DNA of 57,294 nucleotides from Burkholderiales bacterium (GTDB lineage Bacteria; Pseudomonadota; Gammaproteobacteria; Burkholderiales; Burkholderiaceae_C): positions 1-57,294 of the forward strand of contig JBDTQF010000001.1 in NCBI GenBank assembly GCA_039932275.1, written 5' to 3'. Positions 38,253 to 49,011 of this stretch are shown in pieces (position 1 is the first letter of the stretch; the number at the start of each line of letters is the position of its first letter). The notes beneath the pieces are model-generated. The model did not search any database. It was not told where the DNA came from and saw only the letters and a program-made list of their open reading frames with translations. The translations under genes were made by a program, and so were the position numbers.

Positions 38253-38920
38253 CCAGGTTGTGCCTGTTCGACCTCGACGGCACGCTGCTGCCGATCGATT
38301 CCGACCATGCCTTCGGCGAGTTTCTCGTGCGCATCGGCTGGGTGGATGCCGAGACCTTCCGCGTGCGCAATGACGCCTTCTACCAAGACTACCTGGCCGG
38401 CACGCTCGACCATGTGGCCTACATCGATTTCGCCACGGCCGGCTGGCGCGACCGGGCGCCGGCCGAGATCGAGGCCATGCGCCGACGCTACATGGACGAG
38501 GTCATCAGCCAGCAGGTGCTGCCCACGGCGCTAGCGCTGGTGCGGTCGCACCAGCAGCGTGGCGACCTGGTGGCCATCGTCACGGCCACCAGCGAGTTCG
38601 TCACCGGCCCGATCGCCCAGGCTTTCGGCGTGGAGCATCTGCTGGCGGTGCGGCTGCAACGGGACGCGCAGGGCCGCTGCACCGGCCGCATCGACGGCAC
38701 GCCCACCTTCCAGGGCGGCAAGGTGGTGCGGGTCAACGAGTGGTTGCAGGGCCTGGGCCGGCGCCTCAACGAGTTCACCGCGATCAGCGTCTACAGCGAC
38801 TCCACCAACGACCTGCCGCTGCTCGATCTGGCCACCGAGCCGGTGGCCACCAATCCAACCCCTGCCCTGGAGGCCATCGCGCTGCAGCGCGGCTGGCGTA
38901 TCCTGCACCTCTTCACATGA
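38249..38920 (+). CDS. HAD-IB family hydrolase
   Basis: FDLDGTL, IVTAT, GKV, YSDSTNDLPLL. Confidence 0.92.
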   Translation: MTRLCLFDLDGTLLPIDSDHAFGEFLVRIGWVDAETFRVRNDAFYQDYLAGTLDHVAYIDFATAGWRDRAPAEIEAMRRRYMDEVISQQVLPTALALVRSHQQRGDLVAIVTATSEFVTGPIAQAFGVEHLLAVRLQRDAQGRCTGRIDGTPTFQGGKVVRVNEWLQGLGRRLNEFTAISVYSDSTNDLPLLDLATEPVATNPTPALEAIALQRGWRILHLFT

Positions 38921-40518
38921 TCAAGAAACTCATCAACAAGCTGCTCGGCCGGTCCGCAGCCAACGACCCCAGCGTGGCAGCACCCGCCGCGCGGCCACCC
39001 AAGCCCCGCGCCGGCAAAGCGGCGCTGGGCACGATGTCAGCGGTAGGCCAGCGGGTCGAGGTGCCGAAGTCGCGCCACCGCATTGATACGAACCTGGTGG
39101 ACGAACGCGCCGTCAAGGTGGTCACCACACTGCAGGACGCCGGCTTCGAGGCCTATATCGTGGGCGGTGCGGTGCGCGACCTGCTGCTGGGCCACCGGCC
39201 CAAGGATTTCGATGTGGCGACCAACGCCACGCCGGCCCAGGTCAAGGGCCTGTTCCGCCGCGCTTTCGTGATCGGCCGGCGCTTCCAGCTGGTGCATGTG
39301 GTGTTCGGGCGTGGCCGCGAGCATGACGTGATCGAGGTGTCCACATTCCGTGCCATGGTGGAGGCCAGCGATTCTGAGCAGGTGGCCGGCAACGAAAAGA
39401 CCTCGCGAGCCGAACTGGCCGGTAAACAGCATGTGATGGATGCCAGCGGCCGGGTGCTGCGCGACAACGTCTGGGGCCCGCAGGACCAGGACGCGGCGCG
39501 GCGCGACTTCACCATCAATGCGCTGTACTACGACCCGCGGCGCGAGATCGTGGTCGACTATCACCACGGCATCGACGACGCCGCCAAGCGCACCCTGCGC
39601 ATGATCGGTGACCCCGAGACCCGCTACCGCGAAGACCCGGTGCGCATCGTCCGTATCGTGCGCTTCGCGGCCAAGCTGGGCTTCGAGATCGACCCGAAGA
39701 CGCGCACGCCGATCAAGCGAATGGCGGAGCTGCTGGCCAACGTGCCGGCCTCGCGGTTGTTCGACGAGATGATCAAGCTGCTGCAGACCGGCCATTCGCT
39801 GGCCAGCCTGGAGGAACTGCGCAAGCAGGGCCTGCACCGGGGCGTGTTCCCGCTGCTCGACGCGGTGCTGGACGACGCGCACCGCCACGATGGGCGTGAA
39901 AAGTTCATCCACCTCGCGCTGGCCGACACCGACCGCCGCGTCGGTGAGGGCAAGCCGGTGGCGCCTAGCTTCATGCTGGCCTGCATGCTGTGGCATGACG
40001 TGCTCAAGCAGTGGGATGTCCTGCGGGCCCAAGGCCAGCCGCTGATCCAGGCGCTGCAGCAGGCCATCGATACGGCATTCGACGCGCGGGTGGGCGACAT
40101 CTCCGGCCGCGGCAAGCTGGCCGCCGACATGCGCGAGATCTGGACGATGCAGCCGCGGTTCGAGCGCCGCACGCCGTCGAGCGCCACCTCGCTGGTGGCG
40201 CAGCCTCGCTTTCGCGCCGGCTTCGACTTCCTGCGCCTGCGTGCGCAGGCCGGCGAGGTCGATGCGGCGCTGGCCACCTGGTGGGAAGACTATTCGCTGG
40301 CCGACGACACCACGCGCGAGCAACTGCTGGACAGCGTGCGCCACGTGCAGCCGGCTCGGCGTGCACGCACCGAGGTGGGTGAGCACAGCGAACCGGGCGA
40401 CGAACCCGGCTCGCCACCCGCCGCCAAGCGCCGACGGCGACGCCGCAAGCCGGCGGACTCAAGCGGCAGCGCCGCCACCGCAACGGATGATTCAGCCGCG
40501 CTCAGGGACGGGCACTGA
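38917..40518 (+). CDS. pcnB: Poly(A) polymerase I
   Basis: VGGAVRDLLLG..PKDFDVAT, IGRRF.LVHV, RRDFTIN, EDPVR, RFRAGFDFL. Followed by folK. Confidence 0.95.
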   Translation: MIKKLINKLLGRSAANDPSVAAPAARPPKPRAGKAALGTMSAVGQRVEVPKSRHRIDTNLVDERAVKVVTTLQDAGFEAYIVGGAVRDLLLGHRPKDFDVATNATPAQVKGLFRRAFVIGRRFQLVHVVFGRGREHDVIEVSTFRAMVEASDSEQVAGNEKTSRAELAGKQHVMDASGRVLRDNVWGPQDQDAARRDFTINALYYDPRREIVVDYHHGIDDAAKRTLRMIGDPETRYREDPVRIVRIVRFAAKLGFEIDPKTRTPIKRMAELLANVPASRLFDEMIKLLQTGHSLASLEELRKQGLHRGVFPLLDAVLDDAHRHDGREKFIHLALADTDRRVGEGKPVAPSFMLACMLWHDVLKQWDVLRAQGQPLIQALQQAIDTAFDARVGDISGRGKLAADMREIWTMQPRFERRTPSSATSLVAQPRFRAGFDFLRLRAQAGEVDAALATWWEDYSLADDTTREQLLDSVRHVQPARRARTEVGEHSEPGDEPGSPPAAKRRRRRRKPADSSGSAATATDDSAALRDGH

Positions 40519-40563
40519 TCGGCGGCGGCCGGTAATCCTCGGGCTGAGCCGCCGGACCTGGCC

Positions 40564-41097
40564 ATGAAGTCTTCGTCAGTGGAAGAGCCGCCGGTTTGTG
40601 CCTTCATCGGCGTGGGCGCCAACCTCGGCGACCCCCCCTCGACGCTGGCGCAGGCCTGCCGGGCGCTGGCGGTTTCGACCGGCAACCGTCTGGTGGCGAT
40701 GTCTTCGCTCTACCGCAGCAAGCCGGTGGATGCGAGCGGCCCCGACTTCTACAACGCCGTGGTGAAGATCGAGACCCGTCTGGCGCCGCAGGCGCTGCTG
40801 GACGCGACGCAGGCCATCGAGCGGCAGCACGGCCGGCGGCACCCCTACCGCAACGCGCCGCGCACGCTTGATCTCGACCTGCTGTTGTATGGCGACCAGA
40901 CCCTGGTCACCGACCGCCTCACCGTGCCGCATCCGCGTCTGGGCGAGCGCGCCTTCGCGCTGTTGCCGCTGCTGGAGATTCATCCTGCGTTGAAGCTGCC
41001 GGGTGTGGCCGACGCCGCGGTTTGGGCCCACAAGCTGGCGCGCGCCCAAGGCATCGAGCGACTCGATTTCTCCTGGCCCAGCAGCGCACTGCCATGA
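40564..41097 (+). CDS. folK: 2-amino-4-hydroxy-6-hydroxymethyldihydropteridine diphosphokinase
   Basis: IGVGANLG, PRTLDLDLL, VPHPR..ER.F.L.PL. Confidence 0.95.
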   Translation: MKSSSVEEPPVCAFIGVGANLGDPPSTLAQACRALAVSTGNRLVAMSSLYRSKPVDASGPDFYNAVVKIETRLAPQALLDATQAIERQHGRRHPYRNAPRTLDLDLLLYGDQTLVTDRLTVPHPRLGERAFALLPLLEIHPALKLPGVADAAVWAHKLARAQGIERLDFSWPSSALP

Positions 41098-41456
41098 ACT
41101 TCAACCTGCTCACTCCGGTCGCCTGGCAGACCGTGGGCCTGCTGGTGCTGTCGAATGTCTTCATGACCTTCGCCTGGTATGGCCACCTGAAGAACCTGGC
41201 CAGCAAACCCTGGTACGTGGCGGCACTGATCAGCTGGGGTATTGCTCTGTTTGAGTACCTGCTGCAGGTGCCGGCCAACCGCATCGGCCACGGCGGCGGG
41301 TTCTCGCTGGCACAGCTGAAGATCACCCAGGAGGTCATCACGCTGGCCGTGTTCGTGCCATTCGCGATGTTCTACATGGGCGAGCCGTTCCGCTGGAACT
41401 ACGTCTGGGCCGGGCTGTGCCTGATGGGTGCGGTGTACTTCATCTTCCGCGGCTGA
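41094..41456 (+). CDS. Small DMT-family membrane protein
   Basis: SNVFMTFAWYGHLK, SWGIALFEY..QVPANR, LKI.QEVITL. Confidence 0.88.
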   Translation: MNFNLLTPVAWQTVGLLVLSNVFMTFAWYGHLKNLASKPWYVAALISWGIALFEYLLQVPANRIGHGGGFSLAQLKITQEVITLAVFVPFAMFYMGEPFRWNYVWAGLCLMGAVYFIFRG

Positions 41457-41607
41457 CGCCGTGGCGGAGCGGCAAACAGGCCGCCAAGACCGACGCGCCA
41501 CGTGCTGCCGAGTACACTCGCGCCGTTTCAAAATGATGACGGTTGCGTGACAACTGCCTCACTTTGGCGGCCCTCTTTCAGGGTGCGCCGCGTATCCCGG
41601 AGACGCC

Positions 41608-42255
41608 ATGCTGTTCGGCAAGCTACTGCCCCGCGAAGGCAATTTTTTTGAGCTCTTCAATATCCACGGCAACGAGATCGTCAAAGGGGCACAGGCCTTC
41701 CAGGCCATGATCCGCAACTACTCGGACATCACGCTGCGTGAAAAGTATGCGGCCGAGGTAGACCATGCCGAACATGCCGCCGACAAGGTGACGGCCGAGG
41801 TCAACCGCCTGCTGCACAAGACCTTCATCACGCCGATCGACCGCGAGCAGATCCACACGCTGATCAACGCGATGGACGACATCCTCGACCTGCTGCAGGA
41901 CGCCAGCGAGACCATGTCGCTGTACGACGTGCGCACCATCACCGACGAGGTGCTGCGCCTGGGCGACATCTCGGTGCGCTGCTGCGAGCGGGTGCAGCAC
42001 GCGGTGTCGCTGCTGCCGATGTTGTCCAAGCCGTCTGTGCACGCAGCAGCGCTCAAGACCTGCGAAGAGATCGACAAGCTCGAATCCGATGCCGACCGGG
42101 TGATGCGCGCGGCGATGTCGAAGTTGTTCCGCGAGCAGCCTGACGTGCGTGAGCTGATCAAGCTCAAGGCCATCTACGAGCTGCTCGAATCGATCTCCGA
42201 CCGCTGCGAGGACGTGGCCAACGTCATCGAGGGCATCGTCCTCGAGAACTCCTGA
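41608..42255 (+). CDS. DUF47 (PhoU-like) phosphate transport regulator
   Basis: EH.AD, TFITPIDRE, E..AD, D.CEDVA. Upstream of the Pit transporter. Confidence 0.92.
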   Translation: MLFGKLLPREGNFFELFNIHGNEIVKGAQAFQAMIRNYSDITLREKYAAEVDHAEHAADKVTAEVNRLLHKTFITPIDREQIHTLINAMDDILDLLQDASETMSLYDVRTITDEVLRLGDISVRCCERVQHAVSLLPMLSKPSVHAAALKTCEEIDKLESDADRVMRAAMSKLFREQPDVRELIKLKAIYELLESISDRCEDVANVIEGIVLENS

Positions 42256-42271
42256 GCCGCTGGGCTGCGTG

Positions 42272-43282
42272 ATGGAATCGATCCAGGTCAGCTTTTGGGT
42301 GGTCGCAATGCTGGTGGCGCTGGCCGTGGCGTTCGACTTCATGAACGGGTTCCACGATGCGGCCAACTCGATTGCCACGGTGGTGTCCACCGGCGTGCTC
42401 AAGCCGCAACAGGCCATCCTGTTTGCCGCCTTCTTCAACGTGGTGGCGATCTTCGTCTTCCACCTCAGCGTGGCGGCCACGGTGGGCAAGGGCATCGTCG
42501 AACCGGGCATCGTCGACCACCATGTGGTGTTCGGTGCACTGATCGGCGCCGTCGTCTGGAATGTCATCACCTGGTGGTATGGCATCCCGTCCAGTTCGTC
42601 GCATGCGCTGATCGGCGGCATCGTCGGCGCGGTCACGGCCAAGGCCGGCATTCAGGCGCTGGTGGGTGCGGGCATCTGGAAGACGGTGATCTTCATCTTC
42701 GTGTCGCCGTTGCTGGGGTTCCTGTTCGGCTCGCTGCTGATGGTGGCGATGGCCTGGATCTGCCGAGGCGCCTCCCCGTTGCGGGTGGATGGCTGGTTCC
42801 GGCGTCTGCAGCTGGTCTCGGCCGGGCTGTACAGCCTGGGCCATGGCGGCAACGACGCCCAGAAGACCATCGGCATCATCTGGATGCTGTTGATCGCCAC
42901 CGGCTACGCCTCGGCCAGCGACAAGATGCCACCGGGCTGGGTGATCTGGATCTGCTACACCGCCATCGGCCTGGGCACGATGTTCGGCGGCTGGCGCATC
43001 GTCAAGACCATGGGCCAGAAGATCACCAAGCTCAAGCCGGTGGGCGGTTTTTGCGCCGAGACCGGCGGGGCGGTGACGCTGTTCCTGGCCACGGCGATGG
43101 GTGTGCCGGTGTCGACCACCCACACCATCACCGGCGCCATCGTCGGTGTCGGCTCGACCCAGCGGGCTTCGTCGGTGCGCTGGGGCGTGGCGGGCAACAT
43201 CGTCTGGGCGTGGATCTTCACGATCCCGGCGTCGGCCGCCGTGGCCTCGGGCGCTTACCTGCTCAGCCGCGGGATGTTCTGA
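42272..43282 (+). CDS. PiT-family inorganic phosphate transporter
   Basis: NGFHDAANSIAT, PSSSSHALIGG, HGGNDAQK, PVSTTH. Confidence 0.95.
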   Translation: MESIQVSFWVVAMLVALAVAFDFMNGFHDAANSIATVVSTGVLKPQQAILFAAFFNVVAIFVFHLSVAATVGKGIVEPGIVDHHVVFGALIGAVVWNVITWWYGIPSSSSHALIGGIVGAVTAKAGIQALVGAGIWKTVIFIFVSPLLGFLFGSLLMVAMAWICRGASPLRVDGWFRRLQLVSAGLYSLGHGGNDAQKTIGIIWMLLIATGYASASDKMPPGWVIWICYTAIGLGTMFGGWRIVKTMGQKITKLKPVGGFCAETGGAVTLFLATAMGVPVSTTHTITGAIVGVGSTQRASSVRWGVAGNIVWAWIFTIPASAAVASGAYLLSRGMF

Positions 43283-43303
43283 CCGCGGTCCAGAACGACG
43301 GCT

Positions 43304-43729
43304 TCAGACCTGCGCCTCAAAGAGCCGCTGCAGTGCGTAGGTGATGCTGCTGAGCAGCACGGTGGCCCCCAGCAGCAGGGCCACGATCACGCCGACCACT
43401 GCTGCCCAGCCGCTGCCGCTGGGTTCGGACGCGGCGGGGCGGTAACGCGCATCCCAGCGCTCGTCGGGCGTCAAGCCGTAGACAATGGCCATCAGCATGG
43501 CCGCGGACACCGACAAGCCACCCAGCGGCAACAGCAGCCAGGCCAGGCGGTCGTCCTGGCCATAGGACTGCACCCGCTGCCAGCCGATCCAACCCAGCAG
43601 CGTGGGCAGGGGGTGGAGCCAGCCGATCCAATCCTTCAGCCCGTGCAGGTAGAAGCGGTGCAGGCCGATGCCGCCGCCGATCACCGCCAGCCAGGTGGCC
43701 GCGGTCTTGGATTTTTCTTGAGCCGGCAT
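43304..43729 (-). CDS. TM2/NINE-domain membrane protein
   Basis: KSKT.A.WLA..GG..GLHRFYL. Confidence 0.85.
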   Translation of the reverse strand: MPAQEKSKTAATWLAVIGGGIGLHRFYLHGLKDWIGWLHPLPTLLGWIGWQRVQSYGQDDRLAWLLLPLGGLSVSAAMLMAIVYGLTPDERWDARYRPAASEPSGSGWAAVVGVIVALLLGATVLLSSITYALQRLFEAQV

Positions 43730-44013
43730 GCGCGCCTGTTCGTATGCGTGTGACGAGGTGTTCCGCGCGAAGAGTTTATAATGCGCGGTTCCGGTGGCGG
43801 TTGCCCGTTCCGGCTGTTGGGGATGATCGGCATGCCCCCGCGGCGGAACACGCAGCGCGTATCTGACGTGGCCGGATGCAACGTGGCCGAGAAGCCCGAA
43901 ACGAGCGTGTATCGATCAGCAGCCCCAGGGCCGCTGGCGGTACGCAAAAAGATCTGCTGGCCTGAGTGTCTCCTGGTGCAGTAGATCCTGAACAACTGGA
44001 TCAAGGAAACATC

Positions 44014-44274
44014 ATGGTCGTGATTCGACTAGCTCGTGGTGGCTCGAAGAAGCGCCCTTTTTACAACATCGTGGTCGCTGACCGCCGTGAGCGCCGCGAT
44101 GGTCGCTTCCTGGAGCGCGTGGGTTTTTACAACCCCGTGGCGTCCGCAACGGAAGAAGGCCTTCGCGTCGTGCTGGACCGCCTGAACTACTGGACCGGTC
44201 ACGGTGCCCAGGTGTCGCCCACGGTGGCCCGTCTGGTCAAGCAGGCGCAGGCCAAGGTCGCTCCGGCGGCCTGA
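44014..44274 (+). CDS. rpsP: 30S ribosomal protein S16
   Basis: [17 protein letters not shown]...[14 protein letters not shown]. Confidence 0.98.
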   Translation: MVVIRLARGGSKKRPFYNIVVADRRERRDGRFLERVGFYNPVASATEEGLRVVLDRLNYWTGHGAQVSPTVARLVKQAQAKVAPAA

Positions 44275-44311
44275 TGAAGCCTGTGGCACGGTTCGTCGTT
44301 CACAGCTGAGC

Positions 44312-44905
44312 ATGTCTGCAGCGTGGGATGACGAACCGGCCTGGCCGGCCGATGCGATCGAGGTGGCCAAGGTGATCGATGCCTTTGGCATCAAGGGCTG
44401 GCTGCGAGTGCAGCCCTATGCTGCGCAACCCGAGGCGCTGTTCTCCTCCCGGCGCTGGTTCCTGCAACCGCCTGCCGGGCGTCCCCGGCCTGCCGGCGCA
44501 CCGGCTCTACCCAAGGTGCTGCGTATCACGCAGGCACAGGAGCATGGCGACGGGGTCGTGGCCTCGGCGCAAGAGGTGCTCGACCGCAACGCGGCCGAGG
44601 CCCTGAAGGGCGCGCGCATCTTTGTCTCGCGCACCAGCTTTCCCAGCACCGACGACGGCGAGTACTACTGGATCGACCTGATCGGCCTGGAGGTGCTCAA
44701 CCGCCAGGGTGAGCGGCTTGGCACGGTGATCGACCTGCTCGATACCGGCCCGCATTGCGTGCTGCGCATCAAGCCGGCGCCCGGCGCTGAGGCGGCTGAC
44801 GGTGATGAGGGCCCTGAGCGGATGGTGCCTTTCGTCAAGGCCTATGTGGACGAGGTCGACATGACCGCTCGCCGCATCTTGGTCGACTGGGGCCTGGACT
44901 ACTAG
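44312..44905 (+). CDS. rimM: Ribosome maturation factor RimM
   Basis: [32 protein letters not shown]; conserved operon position. Confidence 0.95.
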   Translation: MSAAWDDEPAWPADAIEVAKVIDAFGIKGWLRVQPYAAQPEALFSSRRWFLQPPAGRPRPAGAPALPKVLRITQAQEHGDGVVASAQEVLDRNAAEALKGARIFVSRTSFPSTDDGEYYWIDLIGLEVLNRQGERLGTVIDLLDTGPHCVLRIKPAPGAEAADGDEGPERMVPFVKAYVDEVDMTARRILVDWGLDY

Positions 44906-44936
44906 TCTGAGCGTGGCCGTATGCCACGCCACCCCG

Positions 44937-45692
44937 ATGCGCTTTGACGTCCTGACCCTGTTCCCGGAACTGTTCGAGCCGTTTGCCCACGCGGGCATCA
45001 CGCGCCGGGCGTTCGAGTCGCGGCAGGTCGATGTGCGGCTGTGGCCGCTGCGCGATCACGCCGATGACAACTACCGCCGTGTCGATGACCGGCCCTACGG
45101 CGGCGGCCCGGGCATGGTGATGCTGGTCGAGCCGTTGCGCCGGGCGTTGGCCGCGGCGCAGGACGACCGCCGCGCCGCCGGGCTGGAGCCCGCCCCGGTG
45201 GTGCTGTTCAGCCCTGCCGGTGCACCACTGACCCAGTCGCGGGTTCAGACGATGGCACAGGGCGATGGCGCGGTGCTGCTGTGTGGCCGTTACGAAGGCG
45301 TGGACCAGCGCTTCATCGAGCGTCATGTTGATGAGGAACTGAGCCTGGGTGACTTCGTGCTTTCCGGCGGTGAACTGCCGGCGCTGGCGCTGCTGGACGC
45401 CGTGGCTCGGCTGCAGCCCGGCGTGCTGAACGACCCGGCCTCGCACCAGCAGGACAGCTTCTCTGAGGGACTGCTCGATTGCCCGCACTACAGCCGACCC
45501 GAGATGCTGGAGGACGGCCAGGCCGTGCCGCCGGTGCTGTTGTCGGGCCATCACGCCCAGATCGCGCGTTGGCGCCGGGAGCGCCAGCTAGAGATCACTG
45601 CGCGGCGCCGGCCCGCCATGATTGCCGCGGCGCGCGCGGCTGGCCAGCTCGACCCGGCCGACGAGCGCTTTCTGCGGTCACTCCGGCTATAA
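44937..45692 (+). CDS. trmD: tRNA (guanine37-N1)-methyltransferase
   Basis: [44 protein letters not shown]. Confidence 0.97.
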   Translation: MRFDVLTLFPELFEPFAHAGITRRAFESRQVDVRLWPLRDHADDNYRRVDDRPYGGGPGMVMLVEPLRRALAAAQDDRRAAGLEPAPVVLFSPAGAPLTQSRVQTMAQGDGAVLLCGRYEGVDQRFIERHVDEELSLGDFVLSGGELPALALLDAVARLQPGVLNDPASHQQDSFSEGLLDCPHYSRPEMLEDGQAVPPVLLSGHHAQIARWRRERQLEITARRRPAMIAAARAAGQLDPADERFLRSLRL

Positions 45693-45804
45693 TCCCCGGT
45701 TCCCGATCCTCTGCCGGGCGTTCATGAACCAGGCTCACCGAGCCAGTTCATGGCACCACAAGATTCCAACATCCGCGCCGGCACGATCTTCACGAGGTAA
45801 TCCC

Positions 45805-46158
45805 ATGGATCTGATCCAGCAGCTTGAGCAAGAAGAAATTGCTCGTCTTGGCAAGACCATCCCGGTCTTTGCGCCCGGCGACACCGTCATCGTCAGCGTG
45901 AACGTGGTCGAAGGCACCCGCAAGCGTGTGCAGGCCTACGAAGGAGTGGTGATCGCCCGCCGCAATCGCGGCCTGAACTCCAGCTTCATCGTGCGCAAGA
46001 TCTCCAGCGGCGAAGGTGTCGAGCGCACCTTCCAGCTCTACAGCCCGCTGATCGCCACCATCGAAGTCAAGCGCCGCGGCGACGTGCGCCGGGCCAAGCT
46101 GTACTACCTGCGTCAACGCAGCGGCAAATCGGCTCGCATTAAAGAGAAACTGGCCTGA
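45805..46158 (+). CDS. rplS: 50S ribosomal protein L19
   Basis: [36 protein letters not shown]. Confidence 0.98.
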   Translation: MDLIQQLEQEEIARLGKTIPVFAPGDTVIVSVNVVEGTRKRVQAYEGVVIARRNRGLNSSFIVRKISSGEGVERTFQLYSPLIATIEVKRRGDVRRAKLYYLRQRSGKSARIKEKLA

Positions 46159-46184
46159 TTTTTCTCAACGCTGCTCTGTACCTC

Positions 46185-46206
46185 AAGGCCGCCTGCGGGC
46201 GGCTTT
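46185..46206 (+). terminator. Probable intrinsic terminator after rplS
   Basis: GCCGCC-tgcg-GGCGGC followed by TTT. Confidence 0.6.
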
Positions 46207-46231
46207 GTCGTCTTCGGCCTATCCTGCGCGC

Positions 46232-46933
46232 ATGTCCCGTTCGCCTCTGATCTACAACCCCCGTGCCATTCCCGTGGTCGGGACGGATGCGCACCTGCCG
46301 GCAGTCCCGATCGAGCGGCTGCATCCCGCGGCTGTGCTGGCGCGTTTCGCGGCACCACCAGCGTGGACGCCGGAGTTCCCTGGCGACAACGTGCGGCTCG
46401 ACGCGGCGATCGACCCGCGGCCGGCCTCGGTGCTGGTGCCGCTGGTGCGCCATGGCGACGAGTTGCGCGTGCTGCTGACGCGGCGCACCGACCACCTGCG
46501 CAACCATGCTGGCCAGATCAGTTTTCCCGGCGGGCGGGTCGACCCGGGGGATGTCGACGCTGTGGGCACCGCCCTGCGTGAAGCGCAGGAAGAAGTGGGC
46601 CTGGCGCCGCAGGCGGTGCGCATCATCGGCAGCCTGCCGTCCTACACCACCGTGACATCGTTCGTGGTGACGCCGGTGGTCGGCCTGATCGAGGCGGGCC
46701 AGGTGCTGCAGATCGACCCGTTCGAAGTGGCCGAGGTGTTCGAAGTGCCGCTGCTGTTCTTGATGAACCCGGCGCACCACCAACGGCATGTGTTCGAGGA
46801 GGCCTCCTTGCGCCGACAGTTCCTGTCGATGCCCTGGCGCGGCCCGGGCCTGACGGGCGAGGTCAGCGAGCATTTCATCTGGGGTGCCACCGCAGCCATG
46901 CTGCGCAACCTGTACCGCTTCTTCAGCGCTTGA
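46232..46933 (+). CDS. CoA pyrophosphatase (NudL-like NUDIX)
   Basis: LLTRR...L..HAGQISFPGG, ALREAQEEVG, IWGATA. Confidence 0.92.
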   Translation: MSRSPLIYNPRAIPVVGTDAHLPAVPIERLHPAAVLARFAAPPAWTPEFPGDNVRLDAAIDPRPASVLVPLVRHGDELRVLLTRRTDHLRNHAGQISFPGGRVDPGDVDAVGTALREAQEEVGLAPQAVRIIGSLPSYTTVTSFVVTPVVGLIEAGQVLQIDPFEVAEVFEVPLLFLMNPAHHQRHVFEEASLRRQFLSMPWRGPGLTGEVSEHFIWGATAAMLRNLYRFFSA

Positions 46934-46985
46934 GCACCCGGCCGGACCGCACAGCCTTGCCAACGCGCGCCGGTATCATGCCGGC

Positions 46986-47975
46986 ATGAGTTTCTTCGCC
47001 GTGCTGCTGGCCCTGATCGTCGAACAATTGCGGCCGCTGCCGCAGAGCAATCCGGTGCATGAGGCGTTGATCGGCTGGTCGCGCTGGACCGGCCGCAACT
47101 TCGATGCCGGCAAGGCCCATCACGCCTGGGTGGTGTGGGCGGTCACCGTGATCGCGCCGGCGCTGCTGGTGGGTCTCATTTACATGCTGCTGGCCTGGTA
47201 CAGCAGCCTGCTGGCGCTGGCGTGGGACCTGGTGGTGCTGTACCTCACGCTGGGCTTTCGGCAATTCAGCCATTACTTCACCGACATCCGCACGTCTCTC
47301 GAGCAGGGCCAGGAAGCCCATGCGCGCAGCCTGCTGCAAGAGTGGCGCAACCTCGATGCCAGCGAGCTGCCGCGCACCGAGCTGCTGCGCCATGTGATCG
47401 AACATGCCTTGCTGGCAGCCCATCGGCATGTGTTCGGCGTGTTCTTCTGGTTTGTGCTCGGTTCGGCGCTGGGGCTGGGGCCGACCGGTGCGGTGGTGTA
47501 CCGCATGGCCGAGTTCAGCGCACGCTACTGGGCCTTCAAGAGCCGCACGCTGGATGCTCCGCTGAACGAACGACTGATGCGCTGCGCCCAGACGGCGTTC
47601 GCCGTCATTGACCATGTGCCGTCACGGCTGACGGCTGCGGGGTTCGCCGTGGTCGGCAACTTCGAGGACGCGGTCACCTGCTGGCGGCAGTACGCCGCGC
47701 AATGGAAGCTGGCCAACGATGGCGTGGTGCTGGCAGCGGCGGCGGGCGCCGTCGGGGTGTCGCTGGGCGGGGCGCATGCGCAGGAGTTGACGCCGCACCG
47801 CAGCAGCAGCTTCGATGCCGGCGCGTTGCCCGAACAAACCGCAGCCGAGGGCAGCACGCCTGGTGCCATGCCGCAGGTCGGCCACCTGCGCTCGGTGGTG
47901 GGGCTGGTGTGGCGCTCGGTGGTGCTGTGGATGCTGCTGCTGGCGCTGCTGTGGCTGGCCAACCTGCTGGGTTAG
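46986..47975 (+). CDS. CobD/CbiB (AmpE-like) membrane protein
   Basis: HRHVFGVFFWF, P.RLTA..FAVVGNFE; multi-TM. Confidence 0.8.
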   Translation: MSFFAVLLALIVEQLRPLPQSNPVHEALIGWSRWTGRNFDAGKAHHAWVVWAVTVIAPALLVGLIYMLLAWYSSLLALAWDLVVLYLTLGFRQFSHYFTDIRTSLEQGQEAHARSLLQEWRNLDASELPRTELLRHVIEHALLAAHRHVFGVFFWFVLGSALGLGPTGAVVYRMAEFSARYWAFKSRTLDAPLNERLMRCAQTAFAVIDHVPSRLTAAGFAVVGNFEDAVTCWRQYAAQWKLANDGVVLAAAAGAVGVSLGGAHAQELTPHRSSSFDAGALPEQTAAEGSTPGAMPQVGHLRSVVGLVWRSVVLWMLLLALLWLANLLG

Positions 47976-48057
47976 CGCCCCCAGGCGGTGGCACAGCCAC
48001 CACCGCACCCCGAGGGGGTTCAAGTCGCCCGGCAAAGCCGGATCGACACGTGCGTTG

Positions 48058-49011
48058 CTAGCGGGGTTGGCGCGACAACTCGCTGCGCAATTCGAGGTAG
48101 ATGCGATGGCGTGACGGCGAGATCTCGCCGCGCGCCAGCGCCGCCAGCACCGCGCAGCCAGGCTCATGGTCGTGGCTGCAGTTGTGAAAGCGGCAGCCCT
48201 GCTGCGCTGCTGCGCGCAGATCCGGCATCCAATGCGCCAGATCCTCGATGGGGATGTGCTGCAGGCCGAATTCCTGGAACCCCGGCGAGTCGATCAGCGC
48301 TGCCCGATGCGCCTCATCCAGCCAGTACCAGCGGGTGTGCGTGGTGGTGTGGCGGCCCGAGTTCAAGGCGGTGGAGATTTCACCCACCTGCGCCTCGGCC
48401 TCGGGCACCAGCAGGTTCACCAGCGTGCTCTTGCCGGTGCCGGAGGGGCCGAGCACCAGCGTCACGCCATCGCCCAGCAGCGGCATCAGCCGGCTGCGCG
48501 CGGCTGCCGGCGTGAGATCGGTGTTGCCCGTGCCGTCCTTGGCTTTGAAGGCCAGCTCCATCACCTCGTAGCCCATCGCCTTGTAGGGCGCGAGGCGCTG
48601 CCGCGCGGCCTGTGCGGCGTCCGTCAGGTCGATCTTGTTCAGCACGATCAATGCCGGGATGCGCGCCTGTTCGGCGGCGATCAATGCGCGCGTCAGCTGG
48701 CTCTCGCTGAACACCGGCTCGGCCGCAACCAACACCATCAGGCGGTCGAGGTTGGCGGCGAACGACTTGGTGCGCCATTCGTCCTGCCGGTACAGCAGGT
48801 TGCGGCGCGGCTCAATTGATTCGATGACGCCGTGTTCGCCGCGCGTATCGGTGGCCAGCCAGCGCACGCGGTCGCCCACCACCGTGTCACTTTTCTTGCC
48901 ACGCAAGTGGCACAGCACATGCTGCCCGCCGGACGCCTCGACCACGTAGTTGCGGCCGTGGCCCGCGAGGATCAGGCCGGTGGCGAGCGCTTCGCCGTTG
49001 TCACGCGCCAT
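48058..49011 (-). CDS. rsgA: Ribosome small subunit-dependent GTPase A
   Basis: VVGD.V, AANLD, NKID, GPSGTGKSTL, GRHTTT, DSPG, C.FHNC.H..EPGC. Confidence 0.96.
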   Translation of the reverse strand: MARDNGEALATGLILAGHGRNYVVEASGGQHVLCHLRGKKSDTVVGDRVRWLATDTRGEHGVIESIEPRRNLLYRQDEWRTKSFAANLDRLMVLVAAEPVFSESQLTRALIAAEQARIPALIVLNKIDLTDAAQAARQRLAPYKAMGYEVMELAFKAKDGTGNTDLTPAAARSRLMPLLGDGVTLVLGPSGTGKSTLVNLLVPEAEAQVGEISTALNSGRHTTTHTRWYWLDEAHRAALIDSPGFQEFGLQHIPIEDLAHWMPDLRAAAQQGCRFHNCSHDHEPGCAVLAALARGEISPSRHRIYLELRSELSRQPR

